The notes under the pieces are model-generated. The model worked only from the letters and a program-made list of their open reading frames with translations, had not been told where the DNA came from and did not search any database. Made by a program: the position numbers and the translations under genes. Below, piece by piece: positions 25,646 through 43,891 of a stretch of DNA of 64,000 nt; positions within the stretch are counted from its first letter, which is position 1, and each line of letters starts with the position of its first letter. The stretch is taken from NCBI GenBank assembly GCA_951406725.2, contig OX597824.1, forward strand, positions 12,152,001-12,216,000, given 5' to 3'. The DNA is from Octopus vulgaris. Its lineage: Eukaryota.

Positions 25646-28107
25646 TGTTGACAATAAAGGTATTAAAAATTATTTACATTATGCATGACTTATCAAATTA
25701 ATTCATATTACATAGCTTATCAAGTGTATATCAATTGCATACAGTTAATATTTAATCAAATTATATCATATTCATATCCAAGCTCTGATATCAAATTAAT
25801 AAAATATGATTGATATTTTAAATTAAATATTAAAATTTTTGTGTACTGACTAAATAATTCTATTTAAATCATAAATTAATACCACAGTCTATATTGAAAT
25901 TCAATATACACATTTGGCCTCGTTAATCAACAGGCAGACAAGAAAGAAAGAAAAAAAACAGTAATCACTTCTGGATTTACAGAAGTAATAGCAAAAACAT
26001 TATCAGCAACAATTAAACATGATGGATATCATATAACGATATAATTAAAATGACAATGATAGATGATATAATATTTCCTGTGAATACCTCATTGAAATAT
26101 GCAGAAGCTGAAAAGATAATGATACATAATTATGATATTCTTTTTTTTTCTTTTCAAATTCACAGCAAACAGTCAGAAATCCAGAGATGTTCAAGAGAGA
26201 AATATAACAGACTGAAATGACACCAGTGTAAAACTGGTACTTAATTAATTGACCCTGGAGGAATAAAATGTGAAGATGGCCCCAACATGATTTGAACTGA
26301 GAATGATTAAGCATTTCCCTGTCTTTTATACTAACTGTTTCTTATATATAACCCAAGGCCTAAAATTTGCAGGACATGTCTGTCATAGATAATTATATCA
26401 AATCTTATCCTTGATTAGTACTTTATGGTATTGACCCCAGAAGGATGAAAGGCCAAGATAACTGTGGCAGGATTTGAGCACAGAATGTAAAGGAACAAAG
26501 CAGTTTGTCTGCCTCTCTAAAGATCCAACTGGATTTCTTGTATTTTAACTTTTTAATGGCTTAGGGGAAGAAAAGCAGTACCTGTGACTCTTTTCAGGAT
26601 CCCTGTGTCTGATAGGAATAAGGAAGGAAGTTATTGTCAAACCAAGACCTGGCCAAAATGTTTGCCACAGAGTAAACTCTGCTAAAGGTTGAGATGTTTA
26701 AACCAAGCAGCCAAAAGCAAGAATAGTCCTTCCAATTGGTTTTCTATTGTTCCCCTCTACGAAGTTCCACTCACAACTCTTTGGTTGACATGAAGCCATA
26801 ATAAAAGCCACTTGCCCATAATGCTGTGCTGTGGGACCAAACCTGAAACCACATAATTGCAGAGCAAATTCCTTAACCACACAGCCAAGCTGACATCAAC
26901 AAGGCCTGATATGTTCAAGGGAAGAGTATAGATCATATTTGATAGCATAAAAAAAAAATGCATGGATGTATTAAATGCACCCCAATTTCAACAGCAGATA
27001 TTTGGGAAAAAAGTTTTTAATGCATTAAAGCTTATGGAAGGCCCAACTTTGCAAAAAGGACCTGGGGTGGTTTTTTGAGGTATTTTTCTTTTTTATGAAA
27101 GGAGTTGGTCTTATATGCGATCAAATATAATAGTTGGATTGGTCCCATGATATGACTAGAAACTATTTTACTGATCCTGCCAACTAGGATTTGAACTCAG
27201 TATTTAGTCTTGTTCAGATTTAAAGAACGAGATTAAATACTATTAGGAACCCTGTACCATTTTCTGCTAATTCACTGCTTTTGTTGTTATGAAATAGTAA
27301 AGGAGTGAACAGCAGAATAGGAAGTGTTCTGGATAAAATGCTTTGCAGAATATAGTTATGTTCTTTTATATTCTACAAGTAAAGAATAAAGTGCTCAGTA
27401 TACAATTAAGTTAGAATCTATTAGATGTGTGTCTAAGGATAACTATATAGTTAGACTTGTATTATGGCTTCAAAACAATCAAAGAACACTAGCGATCTAC
27501 TAGAACCATGCTAGTATATAACCTTGGTCTAGATGTACTTATACAACTATTTTCAAACAAACACTTTTTTTTACATCTATTTTTTTTGTATACCAGTGTT
27601 TGTGTAATGTCTTTCACAAATTCCTGGTTCCATATTAGTGGAGCAATTGTTTTATTTGAAACCCTTTGTTACTAAGCCACCCGTACTGCTTTTAGTTTCC
27701 TAATTCAAAATCTGTCCTTTTGAAGTATTCATATTTAAATTAAAACATGCCAACAAAATTTTATATATAAGAATCTTTTGTTGTTTCAAATACCAGATGG
27801 ATAGTTCTTTCTCACTATGGCACAAGATCAGAAATTTTGAGGGGAAGGGCCAAGACAACTACATTGACTCCAGCACTTGACTCGTTATTTTACTGACTCA
27901 CAAAATGATGAAAGGCAAAGTTGGCCCTGATGGAATTTCAATTCAGAATATAAAAAGCCATAGGAAATGCTGTTAGGCATCTTGTCTGACACACTAATGA
28001 TTCCACCAGCTCCCTACCTTATAACACTAGATTAAAAATGGGAAAAAATAAAAGTTAATTATTTTTTGCTAAAACTTTTCTAATTCATAAGTATTTACAC
28101 AATGCAT

Positions 28108-28318
28108 TTAACCCCTTCGTTACTGTATTTATTTTGAGATGCTCTGTGTTTCTTTCAATTACTTTAGTAAAATAACTTAGTTGTCATTCAGCTAGTGTTA
28201 GGAATATAAATTGTGACTAAGGTTTGGTGGAAGATTTTAATTCAAAACTTAAGAAAACAAGACTTTTGTACTACAGAGCCAGAGCCGGTTTCAGCTGGGT
28301 TGGTAATGAAAGGATTAA
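28108..28318. mobile_element. TTAA MITE, family P2
   Basis: TTAACCCCTTCGTTAC...GAAAGGATTAA; the body is shared with copies at 31714, 52416, 52669, 63021 and later. Confidence 0.8.
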
Positions 28319-29037
28319 TATATAATTAGTGTGGTTCAGTAGAAATATAGTGTTGAAAGAGTTAAAGATAGGTGTAATTTTTCTCTTCATTCTAACCTCT
28401 CAATTCAATTGTAAAGCAGGAGTGGAACCTATTTATCAATCAGACAAACAAATAATGCAAGTTATATATATATATATATATATATATAAAGTACAAAGTG
28501 AGATAGGGGTTATGAGTGTAACCTTTATCTACAGGCTGAAACAGCTGTAAGATCCATTTTATGTGTATTATTTTTATGGTATTATCTTACTTATTGATGT
28601 ATATTGTTTTATTTTGTTGGATTTGGATGTTCCTATTTATGTAGTTAATAAATAAGATGAATTGGTAATATCTGTAAGTCGATGATTGAAATGAATCTGT
28701 TCCTCCATTTTCTTATTTGTAATATATATATATATATATATGAATAGATGAGTGTATTTTTGCCTTGTTAACAATTAACACGGAAAAAATAAATGAACAG
28801 TTACCAGGGTAGCAAAAAATCACACAAATAAAGAGGTTGTAACTCCTTGTTTTTGAAGGTAGAAACTTCGTGTTTACATGGAATTTTTTGTATAATATAT
28901 ATAAATAAATAAATGGAGTCTAACGTAGGTATAAATCAAATACTTTTACTTTCGACATATATCAGTGAAATCTTCGAAACCTATGTCGAAAGTAAAAGTA
29001 TTTGATTTATACCTGCGTTTAACTCTATTTATTTATT

Positions 29038-29039
<2 letters not shown>

Positions 29040-29116
<77 letters not shown>

Positions 29117-29240
29117 GCATTATGTGTTATGTGTGTTTTTTTTTTTTTTTTATATGTATGTATATATATATATATATGCATGTATGTGTATATATATATA
29201 TATATATGCATGTGTATATATATATATATATATATGCATG

Positions 29241-29271
<31 letters not shown>

Positions 29272-29311
29272 GAATGTATGTGTATATATATATATATATA
29301 TATATGTATGC

Positions 29312-29350
<39 letters not shown>

Positions 29351-29355
29351 CATGC

Positions 29356-29386
<31 letters not shown>
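29040..29386. repeat. (TG)n/(TA)n microsatellite
   Basis: Directly visible. Confidence 0.95.
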
Positions 29387-29387
<1 letters not shown>

Positions 29388-29963
29388 TCCTCAAGAATAC
29401 AACAAAACACTGCTGTAATGATGTGATTTGAACTCTTACCAAAATGAACTAGACACTAGTCTAGTACCTTAGTCTTACTACTGTTATAACAACTCATAGA
29501 AAAACGGCATAAAATTATTTTTGCTGTTGTAACAACAATTGATAGCAACCATATAAAGTAAATTTATCTGTGACTGTGTCGTGAACCAGGAGCTGAAATG
29601 AAATATTTTACCAACATAAAAACAATATTTATAACATTGATGTTATTAATACAAAGCAAAACATATTACAGCAGGAAGCAGGGATGGTAAGGTAGCAGAA
29701 TTTTTGTATTTACAATAATCAGCATCGCTATTTTATTTCTCCATTACAGAACACAAATACAAATTGATAAAGCAAGTATGGAATTTATTTACTTAAAGTA
29801 AAATATGATTACTGGGTTAAACTATATATCCTTTAGGGAGTGGGGTCAGGGGGAAACCTGCTAATCTCTGATGTTACTTTATCCATAGTGATTATATCAA
29901 GGAAGAGTTCCATTTTAGCAATTTACGAATTGGACATGAATTCACCAGGAAGAATCTGAGTAA

Positions 29964-30423
29964 TCATCATCATCATCATTTAATGTCTGCTTTCCATGCT
30001 AGCGTGGGTTGGACGATTTGACTGAGATCTGGCGAACCAGATGGCTGCACCAGGCCCCAATCTGATCTGGCACAGTTTCTACATCTAGATGTTCTTCCTA
30101 ACGCCAACCACTCTGAGAGTGTAGTGGGTGCTTTTACGTGCCACCAGCACGAGGGCCAGTCAGGCGGTACTGGCAACAGCCAAGCTCAAATGGTGCTTTT
30201 TATGTGCCACCTGCACAGGAGCCAGTCCAGCGACACTGGCAACGACCTCGCTCGAATGTTTTTCACGTGCCACTAAGGCAAAACAGGTAACGATCATGCT
30301 CGAATAGTGCTTTTTACGTGCCAGTGGCATGGAAGCCAGTTTGTTGCTGTGGCAACGATCACGCTTGGATGGTGCTCTTAGTGCTCTACTAGCACGGATG
30401 CCAGTCATCGAATTTGATTTCGA
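29964..30423 (-). mobile_element. SINE family B
   Basis: (CAT)n tail signature and internal GTGCCAC repeats. Confidence 0.8.
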
Positions 30424-31713
30424 TATATATATATATATATATATATATAAGACTGCCACACCTTCACTCCAAAGGTTGTCTGCCTGAGAGTCAAGCCTTT
30501 ATTTTACACAATGCTATTGAACTGCGTATTTCCTTTATTTATTATGATAATAGTTGTCTTTGTTCCTTTGAATTTTGCATAACTGAACATAACTCCCTAC
30601 AATACTTTATAATGTGTGTGTGGTTTTAAAATATCTGTATCACAAACTAATCTACTCCTCCTGAAATTATCACAAGAATCAGCAGTCTACAGTATTAACA
30701 TAAATCATATCTGTAGCATTTGCAGTGCCATTTTAAGGTAGGTGCTATGGGTGCTGCAGTACCAAGGCCCAAAAAGACCATGAATCCATGAATCCCTTGG
30801 GAAGAAGGAGCATATGGGAACACATAGTTTAAGATGGTGGAGGGTGGAGGTCCACTTCTTAGGTACAGCCCCTGAGCATCTGAGCCCTTAAAGATGGCTC
30901 TGAGTGCTTGGCTCCAATTCAACAAATAAAGATCACAAAAGGCTAAATGTCACCTTAGCATTTGTGAAACTGTCAAAATAAAGAGTAAGAAAATTAGAAT
31001 AAAAGAAGCTAGAAAGAAGATAAATACTTATAAAATTTAAATAGTGTCTCTTTGCACACACATCAGTTAAATAATGAAAGAGTCAGACAACGAAATTATA
31101 ATAGATTTTTGCTACAACGAAATTCACAGAGATAACATCACAACATCTTAGCTAAGGCAGGGTAGGGTAACTAAGGAAACATTCCACAGAAGAGGTATTT
31201 CTACTCGTTAAAGTTTGAGCTTTGTGGCTACAAAAAGTGTAATCTGTTAGAAATTTATTACCTTTATTATTATTATGATTAAAACTACTACTATTACTAA
31301 ATTTTGTTGTTTTACATCCATATTTTTCATGCTAGCATGAGTAAAATTGTTTTGAAAATAACAGTATTTTCTTAAAAATTGGTGGAGTATCTCAATATTT
31401 TTCTTAGCACTGAAATTCAAGTAGGCAAATTGGGGCAAGAAGAGCAATGTTCTTGGGTTCTTAGTTGGGTGAAAGTGTTCAAGAACTATTTAAAAATAGA
31501 CCATCAGCTTGATGTCACAACAGGTAACATGATGGAGGAAAGATGAAGTTAAGACTATAAGAGTAAATGACAAGGTTGTAAAGAGTTGAAGAAAGGGGAT
31601 AAACAAAATCTATCATGAGAGGGTAGATAAATATCTAAAATGTATGTATGAGTAGCAGAGAAACACTGTGAGTTGATAAAGAAAGGTTATCTGGAAAGAG
31701 ATATAGAGGAGAT

Positions 31714-31942
31714 TTAACCCTTTCGTTACTGAATTTATTTTGAGATGCTCAGTGTTTCTTCCAATTATGTTAAATATAACAAAGAATTAAGTAAAATAAC
31801 ATCGTTATCATTAAGCTAGAGTTAGGGACATAAATTGTGACTAAGGTTTGGTGGAAGGTTTTAATTCAGAACTTTTGAAAGCCAGACATTTGTACTAAAG
31901 AGCCAGAGCCGGTTTCAGCTGGGTTGGTAATGAAAGGGTTAA
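31714..31942. mobile_element. TTAA MITE, family P2
   Basis: TTAACCCTTTCGTTAC...GTAATGAAAGGGTTAA. Confidence 0.82.
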
Positions 31943-34900
31943 GCATCCATGTTTAAGTGGGAATAAATATTACCTTGGTATTAATACTGCCTCTGTCACT
32001 GGCGAATATTTTTTAACAAGGTCACTGGCTAATTGCATAACCAGCTCCTGTTCTGGCACCGTTATTCTATATATCACTAGTGGGGGGTGAATTGCTGCTA
32101 TTCCTAACAGTTGAATGTCCATCACTGACAAGACCAAGGAAGGTTGAAACCATGTGATCTGGTGGTCTCGGCATTGGAGGTGGAGGGGATTTGTCTCCCT
32201 GTTAGTGATATAAACAGGAGTGCATTTTGCACCAAAGGCCAATATGGGAGTTTCTCTCATTGGTTACAAACCACAGTATAGCTTCTTGCAACAGAACATC
32301 CATGTTTAAGAGGGGATAAATATTACTAAAGAAATAGCAAAGTTAAATCTGAAGATATAGAGACTTTCTAAATAAAATGACAGGGTGGGTGGGCTTATGA
32401 TATGGAGAAAGCAGGAGGGTTGATGTACTAAAGATTTATCAAGCTCATACTAGCATTGACAAAATGAATGTTAAAAAGATATTAAATTACGTAACCTCCT
32501 CTGTGTTTCATTTCGGAAAAGGTTCAAATCTAAGGAAAGTCTGGCAAGAATTAATCTTTGCTAGCTGTGGTAAAAAATATATAATATTGTGATATAGAAT
32601 TTGTATATATGCGCATCTGCACACATGCCTTACCATCGTTCTGTCATTCTGTTAGCTGAAATTAATTTAATTTCCATACAAAAATATATGCATTTGTTAG
32701 AACTGAGGGTAAATTGTGACATGGTTATTACAGGTTAACAATACAGGACAGCATATCAACAACATATTGCTAAAGTCTTACAAACATTTCAACAAAACAT
32801 CATTCGAACAATTTAAAAACACACATTTATATAATAATTCAAAGGAAATATTTGCCATTAAAGAACAACTTTAAAGACAAATAACCTCTGTAACTTTTGA
32901 ACCACCTCAATAACAAATGATGCTTATTAAAGTTGATAATAATGGAACAATTAATAGATGATTACTCAATGATAAAAATTCTGTTATTGAGGTTTTCAAA
33001 GTTAAAACTGAAAAACTGGAAACAATAAAGAAATATTACAAGAATTGGAATAAATGAAAAAATTGCTGAACAATGGTGACAGCATCAAGGAATTCAAAGA
33101 CCTGCAGTAGAAAAATTGTTAAATATTTGGAAGCTTTGGAAAATGAGGTTTGTCATAGTGTGTTAGAATTATAGAAAGCTTTCCATTTGAGTTTTTGTGA
33201 AGCATTAATTTAACTGTTTTAAACTATTGCAGAATAGCTGTATTATTAGCAGAAAAAAAGAAAGTTAAATGTATTTTAGTTAAGCTATATAGAATAGTGA
33301 ACAAGAACAAAAGTGGTTTGCAGAGATTTAATTTTACCATAGTGACATTAAAACCAAAATAATAACCCACATTTAGAAAATTTAAATACCGTGTCGCTAA
33401 CTTAATTGTTGTTATATAAAAAAATTTAATTTAAATGTGTTTTTGTGCTAAAAAGTTTAAAGCCGCTAAGCTATTTATAGCTTATTAGTGTGAGTAAAAA
33501 ATATCCCAAAGAAAAGAAAGGTTTGAAATATATCAGACTAATTTCCAAAATATCTGGTGTATTTGAAAGAAATTATCAATGAAACTTGTACCAATGATGA
33601 AAAATATGTAAATTATTATTGTCACTTCTCTTCTAAAACTTGCAAGCTTTCATATGTATTGTGGTACTTGCAGGTTTTCATACAAATTGTGATGCTTGCA
33701 AGTTTTCATAGAAATCTGCAGAACTGATTAACGTATTAGTTCACAACGTAATACTTTATTACTGACAGTAATAATATCTTCATTATAATAGTGGCTAACT
33801 AATGTGTAATTAGTAACATTCTTTCCTTCAGTTGAACCAGAAATTAGTTAAACATAGCAATTAATTTCAAAATCTACAGAAAAATATTCTTTACTTGATA
33901 TGGTAACAGATAAGAGCAGCAGGGCTCTGTTGACTTGGCTATAAATTTAACTTCAAAATTTAGTTTTTAAAGAAATTAATACGTCTTAATGAAATAAAGG
34001 CACTTAGTTATTAAAGATTATCTGTTAATCTATAACAACAATGACCAAACTGCAGCACTCAAAGCTATTATGTGTGGCTCTGAGATAACAACGGGTTTGG
34101 GTATTATTTTTCCTAAAGCAGGTTTAACAACCCATCAGCAGGATTTTCAAGTATTAATATCATTTGAGACTCAGCAAAAGTCTTCAAACAAGCAGAGATT
34201 AATCAATCAAGTTTAAAGAGTGAAATTGTGGCTAAATAAATTTTCTTTTATATAAGTTTTTTAATAAATATACGTTGTGGCATTTGAACATAGAAACATT
34301 TTTATATATGGTTTTCTTTATCCGACAAGTTGGTCATTATTGATCTATATATTAATGATTTTTAGACTGTGAGCTGTAAGACGAATATTCCAATCCTAAA
34401 TTTTGTTTTCTAATAGATGGGAAAGTTCATCGATTTAGTATTAAAATACTAAGGTAAATCTCTAACTGAAAATATAAGTCAGGATTAGTTCAATTCTATT
34501 TTGCATACAAATAAAGGATCTTATTCAGTTATAATCCTGACAGAAGAGAGCTGTTCTCTTTCATGCATAGTTTGCATTCTCTGAAATTGAAAATATTTTC
34601 TGCCCCATAAATCTGCAGATGAAGAGTAATACTTTCATTTATGAGCAATTGTAAAAGTGCATATTCTGTAGATGCAGAGGAATGAGCTGCAACTATGATA
34701 AAAAAAGCAGTTTTCTATCGTGCAGTTTCTAATATGTGAGACTACGAATGAGAGTTACAAGCAGAAACTTGCAGTTGAAAAGGATTAGAAAACATAGCTT
34801 ACCAACAAATGAGCCTAGATAACAAAGTGAATGGAAATAAAAACGAAAATGAAAATAAAATCATTGAAATTCTTAGTCTTTAGTCTGTCTGATGTGGCAA

Positions 34901-36668
34901 TAAAGTATTCAAATTGGTGCACATTAATATCGGTGGTTGTTATACAAATATAGGAAACACAAACATTGTACATCTATCCTTGTTTATCACTGGTGTTTGA
35001 TTACAAAAAGAATAAAAATAAGCTCTGCTGTGTTAAATGAATCAGTTATAAATGAATCGCAGAAGATATAAGAAAATTTGGTTTTATTCCAGGACTCCAA
35101 GTTGTCCGTCTTATTAACGCAAATAACACCCCCTCAAACAGTTTTTAAATACATACAACGATATTATTTCATGGTTGGAATAATATTTAGAGTAGAATTT
35201 AATAAAATATGATCATTGAATAATAAAAACATAGCGCTGAAAAATATTTTTCTGTTCACTGGTGGCACGTCGAGGGTATATGTAAATAAATTCATATAAA
35301 AAATATGCAAGCTTGCAGCATGGTGATGTGAATATGAGCTGATAATTAGTGCAATTTGGGTAGCTGAGCATTGTGGGTGATTGCTAGGGCATGCATCTGC
35401 AGTCCAAGCAAATCTTTAACTGATTGCCCACCTGTGTTGTCACAGGTTAATTTATAATCAGTGTAGCATGGTTCACAATTAATCATGCCATGTTATCATG
35501 GACCAGTGATAAAAAAAGGATAGATGTACAACATTGTATAAACTCAAAACTTTGAGTGAAGTCTACTGTTGACAGGTCGGTGTTGCAGAACAATTTAGTA
35601 CCACTATTGGAGCTAGCTCTTTGCTCATTTCAGCTGATGGCTGATTCATTAGGCTGGTGTATTTTGTGCAAGAACAAGAAATAACAAATGTGTGAAAAAT
35701 GATAAATAAAAAAAACATGTGAAAATTACTCACAATTAAACAAACTTTACATTAATTAGACTAGGAATAACTAAGAAATTAACATCACAAATATAATAGA
35801 AATTCTTTAAAAATACACACTGGAATTTTTTTCTTTTTCTGAAAGACATCCAGTTGACTCAGTCTTTGTGCTGCCTATTTTAGCTATTTCAGAGTTCAAT
35901 CTTCAACATAGGATTGAACTTAGAACTCCAAAACACTAAACTGGATTATGCATGGCACCTACTAGTGTCTTCGCAACCATCACTTATTAATATACTGTAT
36001 TTTTGTAGTCCAGCTTATTTGCTAATTCTTCTTAATATTATTTATTTATGAGGATTGCGTAACTCTTCATGAGGGTAAATACAAGAGAAGAGCATGATAC
36101 GACATGTAATAAAATAGAGATTCTTCTTCGTTTTGTCATCATCATCATCAGCAGCCGTCCAAGAATTTGGACCTGGAGATCTTCATTTTCAGCGACTTCA
36201 AGGGCCACCTCCCAGTGGTATCGAGTGTCAACGAAGAGCCCTCGACTACAACAAGATGACCAAAGTTTTGTTTTTCCAAGGTCTGGAGTCTCCTGCCTCT
36301 AAGCCCTAGACTATCATCTAATCACCCTTACCGGTCTTGTTGCTTAACAACAACAACAACAACAACAGCAGCAGCTGCTGCCAATGTCTGTTTTCCATAC
36401 TGGCAGGCCAAAAAGCTGTACCAGGTTCATTGACCTTGTTTATTAAACTGAACAAAATTTCAACAGTATGTCTTTGGATTCAAAAAGAAAAATGAAAAAT
36501 ACACAGAAATATAAAAATTCAAAATTTGAAATGAAAAGACATTTAGAAAGAATTTATATAGTTCTGTGTATGCTTCTGTTTAACCAATATATACCACTGG
36601 TTGCATTTTCGCAATGCAAAACCTGTTCCTACTTGTTTGGACATGAATTCACCAGGAAGAATCTGAGT

Positions 36669-36962
36669 CATCATCATCATTGTTTAACGTCCGCTTTCCA
36701 TGCTAGCATGGGTTGGATGATTCAACTGAGGTCTGGCGAACCAGATGGCTGTACCAGGCTCCAATCTGATCTGGCAGAGTTTCTACAGCTGGATGCCCTT
36801 CCTAATGCCAACCACTCCGAGATTGTAGTGGGTGCTTTTACGTGCCACCGGCACGAGGGCCAGTCAGGCGGTACTGGCAACGGCCATGCTCAAATGGTGC
36901 TTTTTATGTACCACCTGCACAGGAGCCAGTCCAGCGGCACTGGCAACGACCTCACTCGAATG
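36669..36962 (-). mobile_element. SINE family B
   Basis: Highly similar to 29964-30258. Confidence 0.8.
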
Positions 36963-38314
36963 TGAGTGTATGAAATATTCAGCAGATAGTCGATGCTCGT
37001 AGCTAACAGTTGCATACTGTCCTCTTCCAGATTGTGAAAGCTTACCATAACGTTTAATCTAAATGCACAAAATTTAAAACTTCATTTTTTCACGGGCATA
37101 TATGGGTTATACCAGAACAAGACAGATATACTGTTGAAATATTGTTCAATTCAATAAACGAAATCAATTCATATTTTATTACATATCGCATTGTACTCTT
37201 CTTAAGCTGTATTATTACCATTATAATTATTATTATAAATATCCTCATTATTGGCACTATTACAGGCAATCAAAATTAATTTCATTGTCATTTTAATGAT
37301 CTAGTTTTTTTCTTAAAAGAAATATATCTAATGTGAGTTATCATTAGTCAAAAGTCAAAAGTTGAGAATAATTAAGAAAAGTTTATAAGTAAAAAAAAAA
37401 AAGAACAAAATATAAAAAATATAAAGTTATGAAACTAAGATGATAAATATTTTAACTAAATTCTTCAAATTTTGTAAATTTTATGAATTTTTTCAAGTTA
37501 TTTTGTGGATCTGATTTCACTATAAACGATTCCGAAGAGATTTGCAAATCCTATGAATCTAATTTAATTTAAACAGTTAATAAACTAGCTTTTAGCTTTT
37601 ATGATATAATACATATTTTCACATTACTTGGAAGGAAGCCAGAAGCAACAGACATTTTAATATTCCATCTGTTTTAACTGCCAGACTATTACAGCACAGT
37701 TTATTATAACTAAACAAGCCATGGAGAAGTTATTACAAAAAGTCTTCTTCAAAAAGCCAAACAGTAAAATCTAAAAAATACTCACAGAAATCCTTAAAAA
37801 TCACTAAACTATTTCTGTACTTCCTCTGTTTATCACAGAAGCATTGCTAGATAACACAAACATACATTTTTTGGCTGGGAACTAACAATGTTTGGTTAAT
37901 TTCAACAGTGAGGTAACACACACAAATACAAAATGTGCTTTATTAATTCTGTGGATTATAAGCTTAAAAAATGTGCTTTACTAGTTTTGTGGATTAAAAG
38001 TAAAAAAAAACAAAAAAAACACTTGAACTATTACTACTAATTTCATCTTTTGTTATTGTCTATGTATATGTGTGTGTGTATATATATATATATATAGATA
38101 TATATATACAATAATAATATTAGGGAGTAAATCCAAACTTACAGGGAAAAATTAGATTTAGGATTAAATCTAATTTTATAATATAAATATATATATATAT
38201 TATATTAAATTAGAGATAAAACCACTATTAGGCATCAAACAGTGAAAAACATAAACCAATACATACAAATAATAGTGCCTAATAGTGGTTTTTATCTCTA
38301 ATTTAATATAATAT

Positions 38315-42390
<4,076 letters not shown>

Positions 42391-42708
42391 ATGGAGGCGC
42401 AATGGCCCAGTGGTTACGGCAGCAGACTCGTGGTCATAGGATCACGGTTTCGATTCCCAGACCTGGCGTTGTGAGTGTTTATTGAGTGAAAACACCTAAA
42501 GCTCCACGAGGCTCTGGCAGGGGTGGGTGGGGGGTGGCGATCCCTGCTGTACTCTTTCGCCACAACTTTCTCTCACTCTTTCTTCTGTTGGCTTGCTCAC
42601 TTAGCCAGCGGGGTGGCGTCATTTGAAGGCCAAAACAACGCAAAGCGCATTGTGACTAGCGATGTGTAACAACATCTGATAGCCTGGGCGGTCATGGTGA
42701 TCACGGTG
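42391..42708 (+). mobile_element. SINE with family D head and a variant 3' part
   Basis: Head TGGAGGCGCAATGGCCCAGTGGTT..TTCGATTCCC; diverges from the other family D copies after ~42580. Confidence 0.8.
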
Positions 42709-42768
42709 ATATATATATACATACATACATACACACACATATATAAAGAAGCCCAATGGGTGTGTGTG

Positions 42769-42816
<48 letters not shown>

Positions 42817-43891
42817 TACATAAATTAGGCTGCTTTACAGATGAAAGATATTTTAATATTCTGTATTTACATCTCCATTACATTTTAACCAATTTGATCT
42901 CTAATCATCAACAGATGCCTTATCAAGGACCACTTTTAACTGGTGACTTTCATTTCAAGACTGAAAGTCATAACATCTTTCTTATCCACGAGGCCACTGA
43001 CATATATACAATTAATGCAGTTTATTTTATCTAAGTTATTTGAATTTACCTTTGGTTTCCATTGTGTTTTACACTGAAATGAAATCTCCAGAACGGAGAA
43101 TTACAGTGGAAATTTAGACATAGTATGTGTAACACTTGCTGATAACATTGTCAGTAGTTTTGGTATTGCTCAAGATGGCTAGCTTTACTGACCTAAGAAT
43201 GTAACATTAATTGTAGCTATGTCAGGGGTCTCAAGGCGAGCGGATAAGTTTTCCTAGTGTGTCTATTTTGGTGTATATTATGCTTTCATTGTTCAACATT
43301 TCAAACACACATATCCTGGGCAAATCTATAGAGGGAGTTGCTTTTAGTAGTGGCGTTGACTATTTCCAGTTTTCAAACACACGCACACACACACACACAT
43401 CTGTAAATGTAATATGTGACAATCATTCGGTAGCCATGATAAAACTCCGAGTTTTGGATGCCGATCTTGGCTACCGAATAATTGTCTCATATTACATTTA
43501 CAGATAATTTCCTCTATTTACATAATATCGAGGTCTCTTTCATTCTTTTGTTGTCTTACCATTTTTATCAATATACACATATATATATATATATATATAA
43601 AACATACAGAAAGACCTTAAACGAATGCATTTTGGGGGAATAATTGAAAAAATACTAAGAATTTGTACGGTAGATTGGTACTTCTTTGATGTTAAGTTTT
43701 TAGTCAAATAATCCACAAAACTTGATTATTCTAAGATAAAATCTTCTCAGGCATTTCATAAATATGTGCTAAAGATGAAGTCTAAAAGCACCTACAGATT
43801 TTCTAACAAACTGCCGATCTAGTAATTTTTTTTTTAATTGAGTGGAACCTTTGAGAGAATTACAAAAGACACAGATGTAAAATAAACCAAC

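Noticed and set aside
36146-36340. GC-richer exon-like segment
   Set aside because: It ends in a (TGA)n tail on the minus strand and resembles a LINE 3' end fragment, and it lacks suitable splice sites.
42391-42465. tRNA-like sequences at SINE heads (also 22090-22164, 5249-5320, 23399-23490)
   Set aside because: A/B boxes are present but run straight into SINE bodies, with no proper acceptor stem; not tRNA genes.
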